Part shown: piece by piece, positions 18,189 to 26,932 of the stretch
Numbering within the stretch: the stretch's first letter is position 1
How the letters are laid out: every line of letters starts with the position of its first letter
NCBI GenBank assembly: GCA_963787125.1
Contig: CAWBBV010000007.1
Span: forward strand, 448,001-512,000
From: an uncultured delta proteobacterium
Lineage (GTDB): Bacteria; Desulfobacterota; Desulfuromonadia; Geobacterales; DSM-12255
Reading direction: 5' to 3'
Length of the DNA stretch: 64,000 nucleotides
Position numbers and translations under genes: made by a program
Notes under the pieces: model-generated
What the model was told of the DNA's origin: nothing
The model's database searches: none
Seen by the model: the letters and a program-made list of their open reading frames with translations, nothing else

Positions 18189-20233
18189 TAATGAAAGATT
18201 GGTTCGTCAAATACAGGGTTGAATTTCTCCTTGCGCTGCTGACTCTCGTCATGCTGACAGTAATGGAGTGGAGTCATCCCTATTTCTTTCTACAGGATGA
18301 CAACAGGACCTATCATCTGCCCTACTACGTTCACAACCTGAAAGCGCTTCTGGGTGGTGAGCTCCCTTTTTTTAATTTTAACCAGTATCTTGGCACCCCT
18401 GTCAGCTTCCTTTCTGCGCCGTTCTATCCGATTAACTATATAGCCCTGCTCATCAGCAGGCTCCTTCTCGGTCACTATTTCGGTGCCATGGAGTTTATTG
18501 CCGTTTTTTATCTGACGGTGGCAGCGGTCGGGTTTTACCGTTTCAGCAGGAGTTTTGGCTTGGAAGAGCTGAGCTGCTGTTTTGGCTCAATTGCCTGGGT
18601 ATTTTCACCGTTTGTCATAACAATCGGCAACTCGTGGATTCATACTTTGGGGTTTGCTGCCTATCTCCCGTGGTTACTTCTCTATTCAAGCAGGCAGATT
18701 GGCGAGTTCAGCAGCAAAGACGTCATGTTGCTTCTCTTTTTCAGGCTAATGGCGATTCTGCTCGGTTATCCGCAGTGGTTTCTCTATACGGCTTTCTTCG
18801 AGCTGATTATTCTGGCCACTTTCCTGTTCAAGCAAGCCGGTAATAAATGGAAAGGGTTTAGCAGCGTTGCATTCCGGTATCTAGGCAACTATCTGGCGCT
18901 TCTGCTTGTATCACTCCCTTTTCTGCTGCAACTCGTCAGGGAGTCAAGTCTCTCTTTTGCAAGAAAGAAGGTTCTTGCCTGGGAGGAGTACACACTGTAC
19001 AGCTACCGAATCGGTGACTGGCTTAACGGACTTTTGGCCCCATTCAGGGATAATGGTAACCATTTTTTCGGCGAACTGAATTTTGTTTCGCATATCGGCT
19101 ATGTAACAGTTTTACTTGCACTTGTTGCGCTGTACATATCTAAAAAAAGTGAATTCCGGCGAGAGATTCTTCTCTTTGCACTGCTCTCGCTTTTTTCATT
19201 TTTCTGGTCAGCAGATATAATTATTACGAAAATCTTCTACTGCCTCCATTTCTTCAACAGGCTGAGATATCCGTTCAAACTGCAGTTTTTCACCAGTTTC
19301 TTTCTGGTGACCCTGGCAACCTTCGGATTCAATTATTTTGCAGCATGGCTCAGGGGAAAGTACCGCAGCGGCGCACTCATTATGCTGTTAACCATCCTGT
19401 TGTTGCATAGTCTTAACTTCCTGGTCCTTTACACTTTGCTGCCGCAGCGGATGCTGTCAAACCATCTTGACAAGCCTCCATTCACCGAACAGCTCAAGGA
19501 TCGTCTGGCCGAGGGCAGGATCGTAAGTGCCGGTCAGGATGTTGTCTGGGACGGGGAACGGGTTGTGCCCGGAAACACAGTTCCGACACTGGGGTACAAT
19601 TTTGCGATGCTGTGGGGTCTACACCATTTTGGCGGGTACGAAGCGCTCCTTTCCCAGAAGAATTTCACTACCTCCATGGAGCTGGTAAATAATTCAATCT
19701 TTAATGTTGATTCCGGCAAACCCCTTGATTTCAGTGTTGACGTGCCGTTGAATTACTTGAGGAAGTGGGGCGTCAAGTGGTACGTGGTAAACAGCGCAAT
19801 ACCCATTAAGGGGACTGACGGTCTTGAACTGGTGCATAGTGACCCGTATAGAAACGTTCTCTATGATCCGACGGGAAGACCTTTTGTGTACTGGTCTGAC
19901 GATGTGAAAACCACTCTGCCCGAGGTTCGCTTCCGGTCAAATTCCGTGGAGATATCGACACAAAGGAGCAGTGCAGGTTTGCTGACGGTCAACGTCCTGT
20001 ACAATAGTTTGTTCCGCGGATATCTGGACGGCAATGAGGTTGCGGTGGCAGAGACGGAAGACGGGCAGATGTCCGTGGTAGTCCCGCCGGGAGCACACAA
20101 AATCCGCATCGAGTATGTCGATAACAGCTTCAGCAAAGGGTTGCTGGTCTCCTTGACGCTTTTTCTCTGCGCATCTGTTGTATGGGGCGTAACAAGATTC
20201 AGAAAAACCGCCAGTGCAACGGATCGGCAGTGA
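18185..20233 (+). CDS. YfhO-like polytopic membrane protein (GT-C-like)
   Basis: Acidic QDD after the first TM, GELPFFNFNQYLGTP, LRYPFK, C-terminal soluble domain with VVVPPGAHKIRIEY plus a final TM. Confidence 0.75.
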   Translation: MIMKDWFVKYRVEFLLALLTLVMLTVMEWSHPYFFLQDDNRTYHLPYYVHNLKALLGGELPFFNFNQYLGTPVSFLSAPFYPINYIALLISRLLLGHYFGAMEFIAVFYLTVAAVGFYRFSRSFGLEELSCCFGSIAWVFSPFVITIGNSWIHTLGFAAYLPWLLLYSSRQIGEFSSKDVMLLLFFRLMAILLGYPQWFLYTAFFELIILATFLFKQAGNKWKGFSSVAFRYLGNYLALLLVSLPFLLQLVRESSLSFARKKVLAWEEYTLYSYRIGDWLNGLLAPFRDNGNHFFGELNFVSHIGYVTVLLALVALYISKKSEFRREILLFALLSLFSFFWSADIIITKIFYCLHFFNRLRYPFKLQFFTSFFLVTLATFGFNYFAAWLRGKYRSGALIMLLTILLLHSLNFLVLYTLLPQRMLSNHLDKPPFTEQLKDRLAEGRIVSAGQDVVWDGERVVPGNTVPTLGYNFAMLWGLHHFGGYEALLSQKNFTTSMELVNNSIFNVDSGKPLDFSVDVPLNYLRKWGVKWYVVNSAIPIKGTDGLELVHSDPYRNVLYDPTGRPFVYWSDDVKTTLPEVRFRSNSVEISTQRSSAGLLTVNVLYNSLFRGYLDGNEVAVAETEDGQMSVVVPPGAHKIRIEYVDNSFSKGLLVSLTLFLCASVVWGVTRFRKTASATDRQ

Positions 20234-20296
20234 AGGTAATCGTGCAACAGAGAACTCAGTTATGTTGATTGAGTATGTTGAAAGGGAATAATAGCA

Positions 20297-21922
20297 GTGA
20301 AATATTTTACAGCAGGTGAGGGCAGGGCAGTAATGATCGCTGCGGCGAGCGCTTTTCTGCTTACATTTCTGGTCTATTCACGCGCGCTCTTCTGCGGTTT
20401 TGTCAACCTGGATGACCCGATATTCATTCTGAATAATCCTTTTATCAGGAATCTGGACAGCGCTCTCCTCACCTTTGCCTTTACCTCCCGCACGCTTGAT
20501 ATCTGGATGCCGCTGACCTGGCTCTCATTCGCCCTTGATTATCATTTCTGGGCACTGAACCCGTTTGGTTATCACCTGACCAATGTTATGCTTCACGCTG
20601 CCAACAGTTCGCTGGTAGCCTTAATGTCAGCGCGACTTCTCAGTCATTCGCACGTTTCCGACAACAGTGACAGTTCCTCATCGACACTGCTCTCATGGCG
20701 TTTGTTAGTCCCGCTGCTGGCAGCGCTGCTCTTTTCACTGCATCCTCTTCGGGTTGAGTCAGTAGCCTGGGTGACCGAACGCAAAGATGTACTGAACGGA
20801 TTTTTTACTCTGCTTTCCCTGCTATGTTATCTTCGTTTTTCAGCTAAGGGGAAAGGAGGCGATTATTTCTTTTCTCTGGTGTTCTTCGCGCTATCACTTA
20901 TGTCAAAACCGGTGAGTGTCGTGCTCCCGCTGGTTTTCCTGCTGCTTGACTATTACCCTCTCTCCGGAAACTCGACAAAAAGTTTTGCAACTCTGCTGAA
21001 AGGCAAAATTCCTTTTCTTGCGCTCTCAGCGGCGGCAGCGCTTATGACACTCTTTATGTTCAGCCAGAGACAGATGCTGATCGGCTTTGCAAAGTTATCG
21101 CTACTCGACAGAATTCTTCTTTCCGGCAATGCTACGTTTGAGTACCTGAAGATGGTGCTCTTCCCGGTCGGGATTCTGCCCTTTTACGAAATGCCGGACA
21201 TAATTGGGGGGGAACAGTTACTTAAAACGTTGCTGATCTCAATCTTTTTTATCGTTGCCCTGGTGTCGGCCCGGAAAAGACCCTGGTTTTTTACAGGTGC
21301 ACTCTGTTTTCTCCTGCCGCTTCTGCCCGTGCTCTCCTTTTTCCAGAACAACGACGTTGCCTATGCGGCCCGCTACACGTATCTCCCTTCGATTGCTCCG
21401 GCGTTGATTGCTGCTTCCGGATTCGCTGCCGGCCATGATAAAATACGACAAATCTCTGTCAGCTTACGTTTGCTGCCATCAGCCTTCGCATTGAGCCTGC
21501 TGCTTCTTTATTCTGCGGTTACTCCCCGGTTGATAGCAGTCTGGCAGAACACGGAAACCCTCTGGACCAGGGTGATAAAACTTGATCCATCTACCCCGAA
21601 ATACATGGACAGAGGCGTTTACTATATCATCAACAACAGACCCGGGGATGCGTACCGTGATTTTTCAGCCGCCATAGAGCGGCTGGCAAAAAAAGGCAAA
21701 AAGCCTGATCACAATGCATATGCATTCCGTGGCGTTGCTCTTATGGATCTGGAGGACTATGAAAACGCAGAGAAGGATTTTGATGCAGCCCTGGCGCTAA
21801 AACCTCACCCGACATATTTTTTTTACCGGGGATTAGCGCTGCAAGCTCTGGGGAAGAGTCAGGAAGCTGCAATTAATTTTGAACTGGCAGGGCCGAATCC
21901 TCCTGCCATAGACACCTTTTAG
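20297..21922 (+). CDS. TMTC-like membrane glycosyltransferase with TPRs (#2)
   Basis: FVNLDD, HPLRVESVAWVTERKD, AARYTYLPS, TPRs. Confidence 0.88.
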   Translation: MKYFTAGEGRAVMIAAASAFLLTFLVYSRALFCGFVNLDDPIFILNNPFIRNLDSALLTFAFTSRTLDIWMPLTWLSFALDYHFWALNPFGYHLTNVMLHAANSSLVALMSARLLSHSHVSDNSDSSSSTLLSWRLLVPLLAALLFSLHPLRVESVAWVTERKDVLNGFFTLLSLLCYLRFSAKGKGGDYFFSLVFFALSLMSKPVSVVLPLVFLLLDYYPLSGNSTKSFATLLKGKIPFLALSAAAALMTLFMFSQRQMLIGFAKLSLLDRILLSGNATFEYLKMVLFPVGILPFYEMPDIIGGEQLLKTLLISIFFIVALVSARKRPWFFTGALCFLLPLLPVLSFFQNNDVAYAARYTYLPSIAPALIAASGFAAGHDKIRQISVSLRLLPSAFALSLLLLYSAVTPRLIAVWQNTETLWTRVIKLDPSTPKYMDRGVYYIINNRPGDAYRDFSAAIERLAKKGKKPDHNAYAFRGVALMDLEDYENAEKDFDAALALKPHPTYFFYRGLALQALGKSQEAAINFELAGPNPPAIDTF

Positions 21923-21970
21923 CTGGTGATGACAGGATTGAATACGCGTTAGACAAGTTTACTCAAAATA

Positions 21971-22345
21971 GTGTCGACAGCAGCGAGTGCAGAGTTTTCG
22001 CAAGAGGTTCTCCGCCGGGGGTATCGCTTCAAGTTGGATTTTCGCGGCAGTGTGAACAGCGTCACATGGGAGTCGCTCGATCATGCCGGGAGGGCAGGTT
22101 GCCGGATGATCTCCTTCGGGGTTGAAACCTGCAGCGACACCTGCAGCGACACCTGCAGCGACACCTGCAGCGACACCTGCAGCGACACCTGCAGCGACAC
22201 CTGCAGCGACACCTGCAGCGACACCTGCAGCGACGAGGGGTTGCGTCTCTTGCGCAAAGATACTACTATTGCCTAGATGAGACAGGTCTTCAGTTGGTGC
22301 CGGTCTCTGTGGATACTACTATCGCGGACTTCTTGATCGGTCTGT
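21971..22345 (+). pseudogene. Internal fragment of a B12-binding radical SAM gene with a repeat expansion and in-frame stop
   Basis: AGCRMISFGVET[CSD..]EGLRLLRKDTTIA*MRQVFSWCR..TIADFLIGL matches the GxES/IGLP region of the intact B12 radical SAMs in this window; no CxxxCxxC motif. Confidence 0.75.
22127..22234. repeat. Perfect 12-bp tandem repeat (ACCTGCAGCGAC)x9, encoding (TCSD)x9
   Basis: Nine identical units, counted directly. Confidence 0.97.
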
Positions 22346-22384
22346 CTTGCTGCTATGCTGGTGTTTGGGAGAAGGTAATGAGTA

Positions 22385-22720
22385 CACCTTTGTTTTCGAT
22401 AATGAGGCGTATCGTCGGGCAATCAGGCTTTTAATGAAACGGATGCGGGAAGGGGGGCTGATTGTTTTCAGTTATCAGTATCTCAAGCGGCTGCTTCAGT
22501 GGGAAGATTACAGCAAATATGTGTCGCCTGAGAGAAAAGGGCTTACCCGCTGGCCTGTAGCCTCTATTGCAATGTTGATACAAACGGTTCTGTTTACCCC
22601 TGTCCGGGACGGTCGGTGTTGTTCTGGTGAAAAATTTCCTCGTTATCGGCTTCAAGGGTGCGTTAGACAATAGAGGTAAGGCGGAGTGCAATTCATGCAT
22701 TGCCTCCTGTTTCACAGAGT
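22385..22720 (+). pseudogene. Degenerate C-terminal fragment of a paralog of the 28992..30035 radical SAM, interrupted by the IS
   Basis: FVFDNEAYRRAIRLLMKRMREG..SYQYLKRLLQWEDYSKYVSPERKGLT vs FVSDNEEYRQAIRHLLKRKREG..SYQYLKRLLQWDDYSTYVSPDRKGLT; similarity resumes briefly after the IS (ACAATTTCAT at 24551). Confidence 0.88.
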
Positions 22721-24542
22721 CGTTGTGTCAAACTTCTTGACATGTCTTTTTGCTTTTCAGTTCTAATTTCAATGCATTACCAATCAAAGTCTTGCCTCCC
22801 CCCGTGATTCTGGTTAAGAATGCCAGTTATGGAGGGCTAGCTCATGTCGTACCTATCCAAAACTGCCCGGTTTGTTGTCTGGATTTGCTCCAAGTTTACA
22901 AAGACCGAGATTGAACAGATCGTCGTCGGGTTGTCAGATGTCCTCGAAAATCGTAATCCTGAAGTTAAGCCAAAGGACGATTTCAAAGAGAAACATCCGA
23001 ACTACAGAAACTTTATTGTCGATCCCAAGCCGCCACTGACTGAGCCCCCAAAGTTTAAAAAAAAGACCTCGATCAAAAAGACTACCGGCAACTCCTGATT
23101 GAGTACGAAACACTTCACGGAAAGTCTCTTGCTCCGGTCAAGCTCCGGGCGGGTTCATCACCGGTTCCAGTGCATGTCACCTGTCCCTGCTGCGGAGCGC
23201 CAAATACTTATCTCTACTTCAACGACGGAAAGAAGCGCTCTCAAGTTCTCTGCAAGGTTTGCTCTCAACTCTTCCAACTCCAACAGCGCTTCAGAACCAA
23301 CAGAAAGTCAAAGCTCTTCTGTCCCCATTGCGGGCTGGCTCTCTTCAGGTGGAAGTCGCAAAAGGAAGTGACCATCCACAAGTGCCCAAATGATAACTGT
23401 CCTCACCGTATCCAGGCGCTTGCCAAGCTCAATAAAGCCGAGAAAGAGCTGATGAAAAAGAAAAGTTCTCAGTTCAAAATCAACTACCAGTACCGCGAAT
23501 ATCACTACAAACCGGAAGAGTTGGAACTCTCTTCTCCGGACAAACCGCCGGTCGAACTGGCGAGAATCCATAACAGCGAAAACGTGCTTGGCCTGATTCT
23601 GACTTTCTATGTTTCATTCGCCGTTCCGGCCAGAAAAACTGCTCAAATCCTGCGCGAAGTCTTCTGTATCAAGGTTTCTCATCAGACAGTTCTCAATTAT
23701 GCCGCTGGCGCCGCCTGGCACTGCCACCGATTCAATCTCAAGCATAAAGGCCATATCGATAATATCTCTGCAGGTGATGAGACCTACATCAAGATCCTGG
23801 GCAAGCACCATTATGTCTTCTTTTTTATCTCGGCAAAGAACCTGAAAATCTCCGCCTATCACGTGGCCGATAACAGGGGCACTCAGCCTGCCATTATCGC
23901 TATGAATGAAGCCATCAGGACTGCTTCTGCCGATCAGCAAATAACCCTTGTCAGCGACGGAAACCCTTCTTATCCAGCTGGCATTCATTTCATCAATGCC
24001 CAGACTGATGATTCCCAGACGATTCAGCACAAAAAGGTTATTGGCCTCCAAAACCTTGATGCCGAGTCCGAAGAGTACAGATCCTTCAAGCAGCTCGTTG
24101 AGCGGCTCAACAGAACCTTCAAGTATCATGTAAGGCCAGCAGCAGGATTCAACAGCACAAACGGTGCGGTATCTTTAACTACGCTGTTTGTGACCCACTA
24201 CAACTTCCTCAGGCCTCACATGTCGCTAAAATATCTACCACCGGTGCCTTTGCAGGAGTTGAAGGCACTGCCGACCATTCAGGCTAGATGGACCAAGATC
24301 CTCTCGCTAGCTGCCTGACTTCCCGTCTTCAAAGATCAATTTACTGATTGTTGTTTTAATCTGACCAACTATCTCACGTGCCTGGTCACAGAGTGGCTTG
24401 CCCAAAATTCAAGCCAGTAACCACAAAGTAGTGAAGTCACAGTCTGGACAGACTCGGAAAAGATGCAGATGAAGGGCATCGTTTACTTTCGAGTACTTTC
24501 CATTTCAATATCCCGGCTTTTCATGAAACTTTTGACACTATC
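22721..24542 (+). mobile_element. Insertion sequence (DDE transposase, IS6-like/unclassified), 1822 bp
   Basis: 8-bp direct repeat CACAGAGT at 22713-22720 and 24543-24550; imperfect terminal IRs sharing GTGTCAAA / TTTGACAC. Confidence 0.88.
22844..24318 (+). CDS. DDE transposase in two frames (orfA 22844..23098, orfB to 24318), joined by a -1 shift at A-AAA-AAG
   Basis: Zn-finger CxxC pairs; GDETYIKI, VSDGNPSY, LVERLNRTFK (DDE); TTTAAAAAAAAG at 23054-23065; the -1 frame is open from 23059 into orfB. Confidence 0.85.
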
Positions 24543-24657
24543 CACAGAGTACAATTTCATCCCGAACTCAGGAATATCGGTTTACTGATGCTGACCGCCT
24601 GGGATGCTGGGATTGGATTGAAGGGGTAAAGCTGATAGTTGTAATATCAGATAAGGT

Positions 24658-25692
24658 GTGTCAGTGAAATCTTTAACAGCAAACGGTAAGTCTGATAAGC
24701 CATTCATCTCGGTTATTATTCCGTTTTACAATTCTGAAGCCACATTGCCTCTCTGTCTCGCTCATTTGACCAGATCAGGTTATCTCAGTTATGAAATATT
24801 GGCTGTGGATGACTGTTCTTGCGATAATTCCCGGGAGGTGGCCCAGGCCTGTCCCAGGGTCAGACTGATCCGACAGCCCCGGAATTCCGGTGCGGCCTCG
24901 GCCAGAAACCGCGGTGCAGAGGAAGCCAGGGGGGATATACTGTTGTTCATGGACTCGGATATTCTGGTGGAGCCTGACAGTCTCTTCAAGGTGGTAAAAT
25001 GCCTGGAGAACAGCCGGATAGACGGAGTGGTGGGTCTGCTCGGTCCCCGGATGCAATTTCATAACTTTTCAAGCAATTACAAGAACCTGTATATGCACTA
25101 TACCTATAGCATCCTGCCGTACCGGGTGGCAGTATTCTACAGCAGTTTTGCTGCAATACGGCGGGAGGTGTTTCAGCAGATGGGTGGGTTCGACGGCAGA
25201 TATAAAAGGGCGACTATTGAGGATATCGAGGTCGGACAGCGGATCGTCGGCCAGGGTTATGAACTGGTTATGCCAAAGGACCTGCAGGTGGAGCACCTGC
25301 GCTATTATTCGTTCAGGGGGTTGCTGAAAACAGGCTGTTCCCGGGCGGCCGGTATCGCCAAAATCAGGCTCCGACAAAATTTCAGATGTAAGGCAATATC
25401 TACTTACCAGACCAGTCCAGCCTCCTTCAGATTCGGTATTGTCCTGTCTTTTCTGCTGGCATTCAGTCTGCTGACCTGGTTGATTCAACCGGAGATCCGG
25501 TTATTCATTCTAGCGCTGTTTTTTTATCTAGTGCTGATAATGTTCAATTGGCGATTTCTTGTTTTTCTCGGGAGAGCCAGGGGCACAGGATTTTTTTTCC
25601 GCAGTTGTCTGGCAATGCCGCTCGATATGTTTTCCCATGGTTTGGGCGTTATCCATGGTGTGGCAAGCTATGCCAGAGGGAATAAGTTCTGA
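24658..25692 (+). CDS. GT2 glycosyltransferase with C-terminal TM helices
   Basis: SVIIPFYN, VDDCSCD, ASARNRG, FMDSD, GGFD, IEDIE. Confidence 0.9.
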   Translation: MSVKSLTANGKSDKPFISVIIPFYNSEATLPLCLAHLTRSGYLSYEILAVDDCSCDNSREVAQACPRVRLIRQPRNSGAASARNRGAEEARGDILLFMDSDILVEPDSLFKVVKCLENSRIDGVVGLLGPRMQFHNFSSNYKNLYMHYTYSILPYRVAVFYSSFAAIRREVFQQMGGFDGRYKRATIEDIEVGQRIVGQGYELVMPKDLQVEHLRYYSFRGLLKTGCSRAAGIAKIRLRQNFRCKAISTYQTSPASFRFGIVLSFLLAFSLLTWLIQPEIRLFILALFFYLVLIMFNWRFLVFLGRARGTGFFFRSCLAMPLDMFSHGLGVIHGVASYARGNKF

Positions 25693-25769
25693 TGCCTCAC
25701 AAAAGTTCAAGATAACAATGCGTTGAATGTAATGCCTGATTAGAAGCAGAGTACATACGAGGTCGGTAA

Positions 25770-26894
25770 ATGGGCTACCTGGATTACGTGAAGTATGGCA
25801 AGCGACTGCTAATAAAACAGGGCAGCCCATTGTACGTCGTTTTCTTTATCACCACCAAATGCAATGCCAGATGCAAGCATTGTCTTCTCGGGAATCAGGC
25901 TGTTGCTACCACAAATGATCTAAGCATTGACGAAATTGAAAAGATATCGGCCAGTATGGACGATTTTCTGTTTTTGCTACCAACCGGTGGAGAGCCTTTT
26001 ATTCGTACCGATATTGCCGAGATTGTGCATATCTTCCACAAAAACAACAGGATACGCAATGTTGTGATCCCGACTAACGGTTCATTGACCGACAGGGTTC
26101 TGGGAAATGTGGAAAAGATACTGCAACAGAACCCCAAACTGACAGTCGGTATCGATATTTCGATAGATGGTCTAGGTGAGTTGCATGACCAGATACGCGG
26201 TGTGCCGGGTTTATTTGACACGGCCGTTACTACGTATAGGGAGTTGCGCAAACTGGCGAAGCGCTACCCGCAACTTAATGTTAATGTTGAATCGACGGTT
26301 TCCAGTTACAATCAGGATGGTTTACCGGAGCTGTACAATTTTCTGGTAAATGAACTGGGTGTCTCAACCATATTTACCCTGTTGACCCGCGGCAAGCCGA
26401 AAGATCCGGCGAGCATTTTTGTTGATGTCGCCAAGTATGAGGCTTACGCCGCCAGGCTGGAAAATGATATTAAAAATAACGTGCTTACCGGTTACAATAA
26501 TTTCCCTTTTTGCGATGTCATTAACGCCAAGCGTATTGTCCGTAACCAGGTAATCGCCCGGACTGCGAAAGAAAACCGCTATATGCTGCCATGCTATGCC
26601 GGCAGACTGGGAACGGCTATTTTCAGCAACGGCGAGGTGTACCCCTGTGAGCTGTTGACAGATCATAAACTGGGTAACCTCCGGGAGTGTAATTATGACT
26701 TTAAAGAACTCTGGTCCAGCCCCAAAGCCGTTGAAGCCCGTAAATTTATCTGCGAGAGCAAATGTTTTTGCACGTATGAATGTTTTATGACCTTAAACAT
26801 CTTGTTCAACCTCAAGATGTGGCCCCAATTATTTAAGGAATGGGCAGCGCTGAAGTTGGCTAAATCCGGCAAGTATTCAGGCCGACTTTCATAA
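25770..26894 (+). CDS. Radical SAM/SPASM protein
   Basis: CNARCKHC, TGGEPF, ISIDG; CYAG...GEVYPCE...CFCTYEC. Confidence 0.92.
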   Translation: MGYLDYVKYGKRLLIKQGSPLYVVFFITTKCNARCKHCLLGNQAVATTNDLSIDEIEKISASMDDFLFLLPTGGEPFIRTDIAEIVHIFHKNNRIRNVVIPTNGSLTDRVLGNVEKILQQNPKLTVGIDISIDGLGELHDQIRGVPGLFDTAVTTYRELRKLAKRYPQLNVNVESTVSSYNQDGLPELYNFLVNELGVSTIFTLLTRGKPKDPASIFVDVAKYEAYAARLENDIKNNVLTGYNNFPFCDVINAKRIVRNQVIARTAKENRYMLPCYAGRLGTAIFSNGEVYPCELLTDHKLGNLRECNYDFKELWSSPKAVEARKFICESKCFCTYECFMTLNILFNLKMWPQLFKEWAALKLAKSGKYSGRLS

Positions 26895-26932
26895 GTTCAG
26901 TTATCACTGGCCGCTCACAATGGCAGGAATGC

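Noticed and set aside
22127..22234. CRISPR array
   Set aside because: Contiguous 12-bp units with no spacers and no cas genes; it is a simple tandem repeat
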